From NCBI GenBank assembly GCA_002269645.1, contig NIVC01002352.1, positions 117,747 through 181,746 on the forward strand: 64,000 nucleotides of DNA. Reading direction: 5' to 3'. The position numbers were made by a program, and so were the translations under genes. The DNA comes from Macrostomum lignano (Eukaryota). Numbering within the stretch: position 1 is the stretch's first letter; every line of letters begins with the position of its first letter. The notes below the pieces were generated by a model, which was not told where the DNA came from, made no database searches, and saw nothing but the letters and a program-made list of their open reading frames with translations. Shown one piece after another: positions 46,113 to 59,800 of the stretch.

Positions 46113-49100
46113 TCAGTAGTAGTTAATCAGCGCGATCAACACAGTGACAGTCACCAGGAGGCTCGCAGTCGGCAGTCTCAAGCAACCTCGTTTTTCTAGG
46201 GTTGGCGGACACTCGCTGCCGCCACCGCCGTTCTCTCGCTGCAGACCCGCGGCTTGGCAGGTCAACAAGTCGCTGTCGCAGGTCACAGGCCGGCCATCGC
46301 ACTGCGCCTGGTGCAGTAGCACGGACACCGAGTTGCTCGACTCCCAATCGGCTGCCGTCAGCGAGATCTGTTCAAGATCGATCGGGTTTTATGAGATTCC
46401 ATTTTTAAGCATTTTGAAGCTTTACACAGCCTTACCTGAAGCAGCAAAAACATTCGCTGGTCTTCGAATAGACTATCGTGTATCTCTTGCAGCTCGCACT
46501 TCACGATGTCTCCGCTGATGTAAACAGACGGTGTCGAGTAATTGAGACTGGAGTTCAGCTGGATGTTGCACACAGAGTCAGTGGACCTCAGCAATGGTTT
46601 TACGCTCAGGTAGACAGCCGTGCACTTGTCGGAGGAGCAGAAGATGCTCCGTTGCAGCAGCTCAACCTCGATAGGAATTTCGTCTCGCCTGGCGATCTCA
46701 AACTCGCAGCCGGGACCCCAGAATCCGTCCATGCAGGCGCATTCGCCACTTAGACACTGGCCTCTGCCTGAGCAGTTTGATGGGCACAGATCTTCAACCA
46801 GAGCCTCAATCTTGCTGGAGTTTCCCAGAACCACGGATGCATTGTAGGTCATCTCTGTGTAGCACATGCCCAGCATCGAGTTAAACAGGGACTGAGTCGA
46901 GTCGAATGTTCCAAGCACAGTGGCATATTGAGCACATATAAGCTTAAACTGGCTGATATAATCTGCTTGACCGGTGGGATCTTTCATTTGAGCACAGATG
47001 TCAGTGCTGACAGACCTTCTCAGCTGAAGCTGCACGAACGTGTTGCAGAACTCATCTGCCTCTTTCTGCGATATTTCTCTTTTTGGGAGTTGCTGAAAGG
47101 AAACCGCGCCTTTATTTACAGGGGCTGCTTCAGCCGTTCGTTTGTCTCTTTTGACATTATTAATTGATACGAAGCAGTTGCTCGTCAGTAATTCTTTTTT
47201 ACCACACGTGCAGATGCCAAGAATTTCAGTGGGCTGGATTCGTTTAGAATAGTCTTTAATGGCGGGCATTTGAAACTGAGAAGAGAACATGTTGTCTATA
47301 TTACTATCGATTGGGCCTCGATTTGATCCATAAATAAGTCCTTCCACCATGTTTGGTGTATCGTAAAATCCGGGCACAACCATCACATCCAGAGCGATTC
47401 GGCCATTTCCAACAGGATAAAAGCTCTTTGCACAAGAAGACGCAGCTTGCATATTTGCGTTACTCATTACAAAGTTCCCAAGGCAGTCTCTTAAAGAGCC
47501 AGTCCTGAAGCCCCACACGTAGAGAATCGTTCCATACAATTTGAAGCGGATTTTCATTGCATATCCAACGTTTTCTGCTGTCACCCCGAAAGGCAATCCG
47601 TCTCGTTCAAGTGGTAATGTCAAATTTCGGCGACTCGAATCCCGATCTCTCGGAGGAACTTTATATGTAACTTCCGGATTTTGAATAGATCCGGTTGAAC
47701 TGCTACCTCGAATCGAAATTATGTAGTACAAATAGCGCATTGATATTTCCGTTACGTACCAGCCATCCACTTTCACTTGTATCTCATAAGGGAGGATTCT
47801 GTGAGCCAATAAGCTGTAGTAGCCATTACTAATACCGAAAGTTTCCTCGGATGTGTAGGCTGACTTTGCCGTCTTCACCTGGGGATCGGTGTAAAGATGC
47901 AAATAGGTAGTGACGTCTGTCATTAATCTTGACAAGTCAACTTTCATTTCGATATTCTGGATTTTAAGAGGGAACCAAGTACCATTGCTCAAAACAGTGA
48001 AAAGACCGTCTGCCATTGAAGCGAATGAAATATTCACTTTGATAATGCTGATCTGCTGACCCTTTGTCAAACCGAGCGGGATTCGATTGTCAGGATCATG
48101 ATTGTAGAGCATCATATCGATGCACACCTTCTTGTTTTTGCGCCGGTCGTTTTTCATCGCAAATCCACAACTCAAACTTTCATTTCCATCGCGTCTTATA
48201 ATAGAAACATCAATTTGATCAGTTGAAATAATCTGCTGTCTACCCACTGAGACGAAAAACTGTACTTCTGTTAAGGCAGGAATGTTCACTGAGTCGATGC
48301 ATAGAGAAGTCGGCTCATTCGGTGTGATCACATCTCTGGCTCCTTGAAAATAGTGCTTGAAGTAAAATCCGTGACTATTCGAAACTACAGGCATGGAGTT
48401 GTACTCAGCTCCAGAGTTTCGGCATTTCGCACGACTACGACAAGTTAGTGATCCGCCATACACATTGGTTTCTCTGGCAAGTACATACTCGGACCTGCAC
48501 TCAAAAGTTCGGTTTTTGCCAACCCCAATAGAGATATTATTCGAAACGCATTTCTGAATCAGCACTGACGTTCCATTTCTAAAGTTCAGCTCAAACTCTA
48601 TCCGATAAAGCACTCCATTAGCCTCGCTTGTGTTGACTTGGAAAGAAGCAAAAACGTTGCACCTAAAAAGAGCTTTGTACTGACCATTAGGTTTCACTTC
48701 ATAATCTAAGCGCAACTGAGGCGCTAAAGCATTCTCGGTCAGCTTTGGCAGACACTGTGTTTGTCTGATACAGGGCTCGAACCCTGTGCCTTCCACGGAG
48801 ATGAGGCCAGCGTCGCAGGGTGCCTTGCTTCCTATGCAATAGTGATTAAGAAAGCTCGGTAAAGGCTGAAGGTAGTACAGAGTCAGCTCAGAGAAGCACT
48901 TCAGAATGCGCACTGGATAGCTTGTGTCGCCAGACAAAAAGCATGAGCCGGTCAGGTTAGGCCGATAGCGGTATGCCCTGGCTCTTAACAGGATTCTGTT
49001 GGCATTGTCTTCCTGTTTAATGGTTTCGTTAACAAGGAAATACGCTTGTTGACTACCGCAGGCTATGGCGCCTGTCGGACAGCCAATTACTAATTGGCCG

Positions 49101-49468
49101 CCAGCAGGAGATGCCAAACGGTACCAGTCAGCTTTAATGACAGAGAAGTCCACACACGGTAGGTCTGGCGACTCTCCACAAATCATTGCATTGCCGAGCC
49201 TGTGCACTGCTTGTGAGTCGTGAATCACCTGTTTGGATTTCCAATCGGCGCACGGGTCCGAAGTCACGAACAAAGTTTCGCATCGAATGCCGTAAGAATT
49301 AGGAGTGCAGATGCACTCATAATTAAGAGAGTCAAAAGTGCCGCCGTTCTCGCAGATGAGTGAACTGATTGATATTGAGCAGTTCAGAGCAACGACCAGA
49401 ATAGACAGGCTCAAGCTGAGCATACGCTGATGTTGCATTCTGTGGACGAAAAAAAATTGATCATACAA
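46113..49468 (-). CDS. VWDE-like secreted/surface glycoprotein (signal peptide, EGF, D8C-like module, degenerate VWD-like region, EGF, hydrophobic/GPI-like tail), about 1090 aa
   Basis: Exon 49468-46436 (true ATG may be a few codons in), 68-nt intron 46435-46368, exon 46367-46113. Signal MLSLSLSILVVALNCS; EGF CENGG..CICTPNSYGIRCE; DPC...ADWYRL..AGGQL..GC...CGS; CPSNCSGRGQCLSGECACMDGFWGPGCE; tail LPTASLLVTVTVLIALINYY. Confidence 0.8.
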
Positions 49469-51441
49469 TTAAATTCCTATAGCCAAAAGCTAGCACTCTT
49501 TCCCTATACTAAATGTACTGATCGACTACGAATTTTCAGACACTTTAGAAAGCCTGATACACTGAAAAGATCCGATGTGCATTGCTGACTTACTCTGTTG
49601 CTATCAATGTCCTTAGTTATGACCCATTTTTTGCCATCAAGCTCCACATAAAGCAGGTGGATAAGATTAACAAAAAATTTGCTTAAAACTTAATTGAACT
49701 CAAGGCCTCTCTGATATAAAACTCACACGAGAGTCGCCTGAGAGGTTTGAAGAATAATTGATTAGTTTGCAGACAGCTACATGCTGGTTTCATCTTCAGC
49801 AAGACTGAGGAAAGGCGTATCCGCAGTCTGCTGCTCCTTTTGATGCTCTGATACCCGGCCTAATAATCTACGAGCTAAGCTATAACTTGTGCTGCTTGTA
49901 CAGTATTGATGGTCCAGGATACCAGACATGTGCAACGCTGCAGTTTACTTACATGTACGCTTCAGTGGTGCTTTTTTCAGCTCCCGAGGGCTGTCGAGAA
50001 TTGTCGAAATACCTGAACACGAACTGTCTGTATACAAGCGATGTCTGCGTATTTAAGCAAGAAGTTTCTTAAAATATAGCCAGAGACGCTGATTAGAGTC
50101 CCAGGGCGTGTTTTAATACGGACTGCCGTTCCGATCTGCAAGCAGGAACAAGTCACGCGATATCAAGTCCAGACAGATAAAAAAGCGCAAGCAGACAGCT
50201 AGTCAGACTTGAGTTGAAATTACAACTGCCCGATTAAACGTTTAAAAAGCGTTTATATTGCTTTGTGCAGGTACGAGTACACTTGCACTAATGAGTGATC
50301 GCTAGCTCTCGGTCAGGTAGGGCCCGGCACTCTGATTCCTTTGGTCCAGGTGCCTGCGCTAACACCCCCTCCCCAGTCGTCTCAGCCCCCTCCAGTTATG
50401 CGCGCCAAAGTCTAACCAAGGACCACTAGAAGTTACCGTTGCATCAGGACGTAAGACTCGCAAATAGATAAGTTTCTCAATGCGTTTACATAGGCCCGTA
50501 TGTTCACTCACTTCACTCACTAGGCCCACGGCTTTTCCACGAAAATTTCTGCGGCAGTGTTCTGTTAACCCATACTACTATTAGAAGTTAAATAAATAGT
50601 ATAGCGTAGGCTAGCGTATATAGCATAGAGTAAGATAACTCTGACAGTTAATGCTTATAAAACAATATATTGATTAAACTACTTTTCTGTTTCTGTTAAA
50701 TTATTAGTTAGAAACTCTGGTCTGGCACATTTTTGCATGCTTTGTTGAATTAGTAATAGTATGTCTACATAAAATCATAGCAAGTTTTAAGCGAGTTTGC
50801 AAGTTTAAGCGAGTTAAGCCTGATTGGTTGCCCTCTCTACCCCGTCTCTAGGCTTGCGCCTTGTCGTGTTTTGGTGTTTCTTAGCCAATCATAGATACAG
50901 CCAATTGTTGCCGAGTTCGAGACCCCTTACAGAACTCTCTTCCTCTATTCATGCACATCGATTCCCATGTGCTTCAGCGAGTTAACTTCAAGCTGCATCA
51001 GCTCTATAAAGCTTTTAACTCGTAATTTCTGGCATCCTGGTATACTCGTATCTGGCAATTGAGAGAGATGATTCTTTCATTGGCTTTCGTCCAATTAATA
51101 AATGTGAAGCCTTCATAGTTTTTGCAACAAAACTATATCATTCATGCTCATTAAAAATAGTTCTCAAGAAAATCTAAGAACACAAAGAAAACCACTTGTT
51201 AGCCAAAATACCAATTGTATGCTTAATCATACTCGCGCAATGTCGTGTGGCATGACTAACGGGTCCGAAATTATCTGGAGAGATTAGATAGTTGAGCAGG
51301 CATATTTGCTGCCGAATTTTACCAACAGTGCTGATGCTAGCAAATTTAATAAGAAAATAATCACCGACTAATGAATACCTGACCCAAGTACTCAAGCAGC
51401 CTAAAATCAAGGCCTCAAATAACCTCTAAGTAAATCAATAG

Positions 51442-52506
51442 CAGGCGCGTCGGCGCCAGGGGGGACAGGGGGGACATGCCCCCCAGTAAAAGCTTTGGGG
51501 GGCATGCCAATGCTTTGTCCCCTCCACCCCACCTTGTGAGTCGTTGTGGTAATCAATAATTTTTCTTCAAGGCGCCAAAATATAGCGCTTTCGGCGCTAA
51601 AATGAGTGCCTGCGGCGCTAAAATGAGTGCCTGCGGCGCTAAAATGAGTGCCTGCGGCGCTAAAATGAGTGCCTGCGGCGCTAAAATGAGTGCCTGCCGC
51701 GCTAAAATGAGTGCCTGCGGCGCTAAAATGAGTGCCTGCGGCGCTAAAATGATTGCCTGCGGCGCTAAAATGAGTGCCTGCGGCGCTAAAATGAGTGCCT
51801 GCGGCGCTAAAATGAGTGCCAGCGGCGCTAAAATGAGTGCCTGCGGCGCTAAAATGAGTGCCTGCGGCGCTAAAATGATTGCCTGCGGCGCTAAAATGAG
51901 TGCCTGCGGCGCTAAAATGAGTGCCTGCGGCGCTAAAATGAGTGCCTGCGGCGCTAAAATGAGTGCCTGCGGCGCTAAAATGAGTGCCTGCGGCGCTAAA
52001 ATGAGTGCCTGCGGCGCTAAAATGAGTGCCTGCGGCGCTAAAATGAGTGCCTGCGGCGCTAAAATGAGTGCCTGCGGCGCTAAAATGAGTGCCTGCGGCG
52101 CTAAAATGAGTGCCTGCCGCGCTAAAATGATTGCCTGCGGCGCTAAAATGAGTGCCTGCAGCGCTAAAATGAGTGCCTGCGGCGCTAAAATGATTGCCAG
52201 CGGCGCTAAAATGAATGCCTGCGGCGCTAAAATGAATGCCTGCGGCGCTAAAATGAGTGCCTGCGGCGCTAAAATGAGTGCCTGCGGCGCTAAAATGAGT
52301 GCCAGCGGCGCTAAAATGAGTGTCTGCGGCGCTAAAATGAGTGCCTGCGGCGCTAAAATGAGTGCCTGCGGCGCTAAAATGAGTGCCAGCGGCGCTAAAA
52401 TGAGTGTCTGCGGCGCTAAAATGAATGCCAAAAGTTTGTCCTGTACATGTACATGTTGAATTCTTGGCTTTGTCCCCCCACCATAAAATCCATGGCGACG
52501 CCCCTG
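51442..52506 (+). mobile_element. hAT-type MITE carrying an internally amplified 21-bp array
   Basis: TIRs caggcgcgtcggcgcc / ggcgacgcccctg; perfect 8-bp TSD atcaatag (51434-51441, 52507-52514). Confidence 0.9.
51590..52430. repeat. 21-bp minisatellite (ctaaaatgagtgcctgcggcg) x about 40
   Basis: Direct inspection. Confidence 0.97.
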
Positions 52507-53814
52507 ATCAATAGCATGAAATATTCGTAGCTAACTTGAAATATCTGATGGTACGTACATGTGGTGTCTGATAGTATCGAGCCAGCATATGCGGTAAAAA
52601 CTATGAAGCACATGACGGCATGTCCTTGATGTCCAATCGCTCCTTCGAGTTGCAGCTCATGCTTCTGTTGTGCCCGGGTGCACTTGAGCCGATGGGCAAT
52701 CTTTGACTCTCAGTCAGATGCGCCGGGCAATATACGCTAACCCCCTCCCCCCATTCTGTCTGTCCCGACCCTCCGATTGGCTCCCCCATTATTGCAAGCC
52801 GCTTACGCGCAACTCCCTGACCCATAAGTCATCTGCGTCACCCAGTGTTACCACCAAAAACAGACAGCCAATCTGTCACTCCTGGGGGTTATACGAGGTA
52901 TATTGTATTCGTAGTAAAAGAGCGATTAGACCGCGAGAGATCAGGCCTGAGTGAATGAGGGAGCGAATGAGGGACAGTCGAGTGTTAATATCAGTAATAT
53001 AAGTTCTAACAACTGCCAACTAATTCCGTCAAGTGGGGTGGTAGAAAGAGCCTGAGCATCATCGTTTTTCATTCCGCAAAATTCAATTCCGACATTTTCC
53101 AATTGTTGGAACTGATTGACTTTTGTCGGAAATGTATGCAAAGTGTCGATTCTGAATCGCAGCTTGTCGAAACTGCTTGAACACCGAAGCTGTCTTAACC
53201 AAAAAGTGTCGGAATCAGATGCCAGAATATTAAAATTGGTTGCAGCTACTTCAAAACCTCCGCTCCAGTTCCGAAGCCGGTGTGACCGGACACTGCTCAC
53301 TGTTCACTCAAAAAAGCCTTTCAAACGCCAAGCTGATTTCAGGCAAATGGGAATTCTACACGAGGGAAACTACTGCTATAGAGAAGCTAAAAACATTGTG
53401 GAACAATGACATCTGTGCCAGTCTAAACAGCATAACATTGTTAGTGTGGTACTCAATAAAATGAATATCAATTATTGCCAATTAATTGCAGTTGGCGCAA
53501 ACAGCAGCATCAGCAACTCTGCTCTCATTGAAATCGTTAACAGAGACAGATGCGTGGATCCCAGGCTGATAAGGCTGTGAATTCAGCTCCTATATGAATG
53601 CGAGCGGCAACGCCAACAGCTCTCGAAAGTTCACACTATCACCAATTCTGACTTAATTGCAAAATCAACATTGCGAAATGGTAAGTAACCAGTATTTGTA
53701 GTTGTTTCATAGTGCCACTTCACGCATCCTGCTTAACACCGAAATTAGCATTGATGGACAGGCTATTCAAAGCTCCTGTCTGCTAACCTCCACTCGTGAT
53801 CATCTGTGAGCTGC

Positions 53815-56800
53815 TACCCGTCTCCCCCGATCCTTAATATAGATACTACCCGTCTCCCCTGATCCTTAATAGATGCTACCCGTCTCCCCCGATCCTTAAT
53901 AGATGCTACCTGTCTCCCCCGATTCTTAATAGATGCTACCCGTCTCCCCCGATCCTTAATATAGATGCTACCTGTCTCCCACGATCCTTAATATAGATGC
54001 TACCTGTCTCCCCCGATTCTTAATAGATGCTACCCGTCTCCCCCGATCCTTAATATAGATGCTACCCGTCTCCCCCGATCCTTAATATAGATGCTACCTG
54101 TCTCCCCCGATTCTTAATAGATGCTACCCGTCTCCCCCGATTCTTAATAGATGCTACCTGTCTCCCCCGATTCTTTATAGATGCTACCCGTCTCCCCCGA
54201 TCCTTAATAGATGCTACCCGTCTCCCCCGATCCTTAATATAGATGCTACCTGTCTCCCCCGATTCTTAATAGATGCTACCCGTCTCCCCCGATTCTTAAT
54301 AGATGCTACCTGTCTCCCCCGATTCTTAATAGATGCTACCTGTCTCCCCCGATCCTTAATAGATGCTACCCGTCTCCCCCGATCCTTAATATAGATGCTA
54401 CCTGTCTCCCCCGATTCTTAATAGATGCTACCCGTCTCCCCCGATTCTTAATAGATGCTACCTGTCTCCCCCGATCCTTAATAGATGCTACCTGTCTCCA
54501 CCGATCCTTAATAGATGCTACCCCTGTCTCCCCCGATCCTTAATAGACGCTACCCGTCTCCCCTGATCCTTAATAGATGCTACCCGTCTCCCCCGATCCT
54601 TAATAGATGCTACCTGTCTCCCCCGATCCTTAATAGATGCTACCCGTCTCCCCCGATCCTTAATAGATGCTACCTGTCTCCCCCGATCCTTAATAGATGC
54701 TACCTGTCTCCCCCGATCCTTAATAGATGCTACCTGTCTCCCCCGATCCTTAATAGATGCTACCGTCTCCCTGATCCTTAATAGATGCTACCTGTCTCCC
54801 CCGATCCTTAATAGATGCTACCTGTCTCCCCCGATCCTTAATATAGATGCTACCTGTCTCCCCCGATCCTTAATAGATGCTACCTGTCTCCCCCGATCCT
54901 TAATATAGATGCTACCTGTCTCCCCGATCCTTAATAGATGCTACCTGTCTCCCCCGATCCTTAATAGATGCTACCTGTCTCCCCGATCCTTAATATGATG
55001 CTACTGTCTCCCCGATCCTTAATAGATGCTACCTGTCTCCCCCGATCCTTAATATAGATGCTACCTGTCTCCCCCGATTCTTAATATATGCTACCTGTCT
55101 CCCCCGATCCTTAATAGATGCTACCTGTCTCCCCCGATTCTTAATAGATGCTACCTGTCTCCCCCGATCCTTAATATGGATGCTACCCGTCTCCCCCGAT
55201 CCTTAATAGATGCTACCCCTGTCTCCCCCGATCCTTAATAGATGCTACCTGTCTCCCCCGATCCTTCAGTGAGCCATCGCTACCTTGTCTCCCCCGATCC
55301 TTAATAGATGCTACCTGTCTCCCCCGATCCTTAATAGATGCTACCTGTCTCCCCCGATCCTTAATAGATGCTACCCGTCTCCCCCGATCCTTAATAGATG
55401 CTACCCGTCTCCCCCGATCCTTAATATAGATGCTACCTGTCTCCCCCGATCCTTAATAGATGCTACCCGTCTCCCCCGATTCTTAATAGATGCTACCTGT
55501 CTCCCCCGATTCTTAATAGATGCTACCTGTCTCCCCCGATCCTTAATAGATGCTACCCGTCTCCCCCGATCCTTAATATAGATGCTACCTGTCTCCCCCG
55601 ATTCTTAATAGATGCTACCCGTCTCCCCCGATTCTTAATAGATGCAACCTGTCTCCCCCGATCCTTAATAGATGCTACCTGTCTCCCCCGATCCTTAATA
55701 GATGCTACCCGTCTCCCCCAATCCTTAATATAGATGCTACCTGTCTCCCCCGATTCTTAATAGATGCTACCCGTCTCCCCCGATTCTTAATAGATGCTAC
55801 CTGTCTCCCCCGATCCTTAATAGATGCTACCTGTCTCCCCCGATCCTTAATAGATGCTACCTGTCTCCCCGATCCTTAAGTCTCCCCTCTCCTGCTTAAT
55901 AGATGCTACCGTCTCCCCCGATCCTTAATAGATGCTACCTGTCTCCCCGATCCTTAATAGATGCTACCGTCTCCCCCGATCCTTAATAGATGCTACCTGT
56001 CTCCCCCGATCCTTAATAGATGCTACCCGTCTCCCCCGATCCTTAATAGATGCTACCTGTCTCCCCCGATCCTTAATAGATGCTACCCGTCTCCCCTGAT
56101 CCTTAATAGATGCTACCTGTCTCCCCCGATCCTTAATAGATGCTACCTGTCTCCCCCGATCCTTAATATAGATGCTACCTGTCTCCCCCGATCCTTAATA
56201 TAGATGCTACCTGTCTCCCCCGATCCTTAATATAGATGCTACCTGTCTCCCCCGATCCTTAATAGATGCTACCTGTCTCCCCCGATCCTTAATATAGATG
56301 CTACCTGTCTCCCCCGATCCTTAATAGATGCTACCTGTCTCCCCCGATCCTTAATATAGATGCTACCTGTCTCCCCCGATCCTTAATATAGATGCTACCT
56401 GTCTCCCCCGATTCTTAATATATGCTACCCGTCTCCCCCGATCCTTAATAGATGCTACCTGTCTCCCCCGATTCTTAATAGATGCTACCTGTCTCCCCCG
56501 ATCCTTAATATGGATGCTACCCGTCTCCCCCGATCCTTAATAGATGCTACCCCTGTCTCCCCCGATCCTTAATAGATGCTACCTGTCTCCCCCGATCCTT
56601 CAGTGAGCCATCGCTACCTTGTCTCCCCCGATCCTTAATAGATGCTACCTGTCTCCCCCGATCCTTAATAGATGCTAACTGTCTCCCCCGATCCTTAATA
56701 GATGCTACCCGTCTCCCCCGATCCTGAATAGATGCTACCTGTCTCCCCCGATCCTTAATAGATGCTACCCGTCTCCCCTGATCCTTAATAGATGCTACCT

Positions 56801-59800
56801 GTCTCCCCCGATCCTTAATAGATGCTACCCGTCTCCCCCGATCCTTAATAGATGCTACCCGTCTCCCCCGATCCTTAATAGATGCTACCTGTCTCCCCCG
56901 ATCCTTAATAGATGCTACCCGTCTCCCCCGATCCTTAATAGATGCTACCTGTCTCCCCCGATCCTTAATAGATGCTACCTGTCTCCCCCGATCCTTAATA
57001 GATGCTACCTGTCTCCCCCGATCCTTAATAGATGCTACCCGTCTCCCCCGATCCTTAATAGATGCTACCTGTCTCCCCCGATCCTTAATAGATGCTACCT
57101 GTCTCCCCCGATCCTTAATAGATGCTACCTGTCTCCCCCGATCCTTAATAGATGCTACCCCTGTCTCCCCGATCCTTAATAGATGCTACCTGTCTCCCCC
57201 GATCCTTCAGTGAGCCATCGCTACCTTGTCTCCCCCGATCCTTAATAGATGCTACCTGTCTCCCCCGATCCTTAATAGATGCTACCTGTCTCCCCCGATC
57301 CTTAATAGATGCTACCGTCTCCCCCGATCCTTAATAGATGCTACCTGTCTCCCCCGATCCTTAATAGATGCTACCCGTCTCCCCTGATCCTTAATAGATG
57401 CTACCCGTCTCCCCCGATCCTTAATAGATGCTACCTGTCTCCCCCGATCCTTAATAGATGCTACCCGTCTCCCCCGATCCTTAATAGATGCTACCTGTCT
57501 CCCCCGATCCTTAATAGATGCTACCCGTCTCCCCCGATCCTTAATAGATGCTACCTGTCTCCCCCGATCCTTAATAGATGCTACCTGTCTCCCCCGATCC
57601 TTAATAGATGCTACCCGTCTCCCCCGATCCTTAATAGATGCTACCTGTCTCCCCGATCCTTAATAGATGCTACCCGTCTCCCCCGATCCTTAATAGATGC
57701 TACCTGTCTCCCCCGATTCTTAATAGATGCTACCCGTCTCCCCCGATTCTTAATAGATGCTACCTGTCTCCCCGATCCTTAATAGATGCTACCTGTCTCC
57801 CCGATCCTTAATAGATGCTACCCTGTCTCCCCGATCCTTAATAGATGCTACCCGTCTCCCTGATCCTTAATAGATGCTACCCGTCTCCCCCGATCCTTAA
57901 TAGATGCTACCTGTCTCCCCGATCCTTAATAGATGCTACCCGTCTCCCCCGATCCTTAATAGATGCTACCTGTCTCCCCCGATCCTTAATAGATGCTACC
58001 GTCTCCCCCGATCCTTAATAGATGCTACCTGTCTCCCCGATCCTTAATAGATGCTACCCGTCTCCCCCGATCCTTAATAGATGCTACCTGTCTCCCCGAT
58101 CCTTAATAGATGCTACCTGTCTCCCCCGATCCTTAATATAGATGCTACCTGTCTCCCCCGATCCTTAATAGATGCTACCTGTCTCCCCCGATCCTTAATA
58201 TAGATGCTACCTGTCTCCCCCGATCCTTAATAGATGCTACCTGTCTCCCCCGATCCTTAATAGATGCTACCTGTCTCCCCCGATCCTTAATAGATGCTAC
58301 CTGTCTCCCCGATCCTTAATAGATGCTACCTGTCTCCCCGATCCTTAATAGATGCTACCTGTCTCCCCCGATTTTAATATATGCTACCTCTCCCCCGATC
58401 CTTAATAGATGCTACCTGTCTCCCCCATTCTTAATAGATGCTACCTGTCTCCCCCGATCCTTAATAGATGCTACCCGTCTCCCCGATCCTTAATAGATGC
58501 TACCCTGTCTCCCCCGATCCTTAATAATGCTACCTGTCTCCCCGATCCTTAGTAGATCGCTACTGTCTCCCCCGATCCTTAATAGATGCTACCTGTCTCC
58601 CCCGATCCTTAATAGATGCTACCTGTCCCCCGATCCTTAATAGATGCTACCCGTCTCCCCCGATCCTTAATAGATGCTACCTTCTCCCCGATCCTTAATA
58701 GATGCTACCTGTCTCCCCCGATCCTTAATAGATGCTACCTCCCCCCGATCCTTAATAGATGCTACCTGTCTCCCCCGATCCTTAATAGATGCTACCTGTC
58801 TCCCCGATCCTTAATAGATGCTACCGTCTCCCCCGATCCTTAATAGATGCTACCTGTCTCCGATCTTAATAGATGCTACCTGTCTCCCCCGATCCTTAAT
58901 AGATGCTACCTGTCTCCCCCGATCCTTAATAGATGCTACCTGTCTCCCCGCGATCCTTAATAGATGCTACCTGTCTCCCCCGATCCTTAATAGATGCTAC
59001 CTGTCTCCCCCGATCTTAATAGATGCTACCGTCTCCCCGATCTTAATAGATGCTACCTGTCTCCCCCGATCCTTAATAGATGCTACCTGTCTCCCCCGAT
59101 CCTTAATAGATGCTACCTGTCTCCCCCGATCCTTAATAATGCTACCTGTCTCCCCGATCCTTAATAGATGCTACCTGTCTCCCCCGATCCTTAATAGATG
59201 CTACCTGTCTCCCCCGATCCTTAATAGATGCTACCCGTCTCCCCGATCCTTAATAGATGCTACCTGTCTCCCCCGATCCTTAATAGATGCTACCCGTCTC
59301 CCCGATCCTTAATAGATGCTACCTGTCTCCCCCGATCCTTAATAGATGCTACCTCTCCCCCGATCCTTAATAGATGCTACCTGTCTCCCCCGATCCTTAA
59401 TAGATGCTACCTGTCTCCCCCGATCCTTAATAGATGCTACCTGTCTCCCCCGATCCTTAATAGATGCTACCTGTCTCCCCCGATCCTTAATAGATGCTAC
59501 CGTGTCTCCCCGATCCTTAATAGATGCTACCTGTCTCCCCCGATCCTTAATAGATGCTACCTGTCTCCCCCGATCCTTAATAGATGCTACCTGTCTCCCC
59601 CGATCCTTAATATAGATGCTACCTGTCTCCCCCGATCCTTAATAGATGCTACCTGTCTCCCCCGATCCTTAATAGATGCTACCTGTCTCCCCCGATCCTT
59701 AATAGATGCTACCTGTCTCCCCCGATCCTTAATAGATGCTACCTGTCTCCCCCGATCTTAATAGATGCTACCTGTCTCCCCCGATCCTTAATAGATGCTA

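Noticed and set aside
51553-52459. APQALIL / MSACGAK ORFs
   Set aside because: A 21-bp array inside a MITE.
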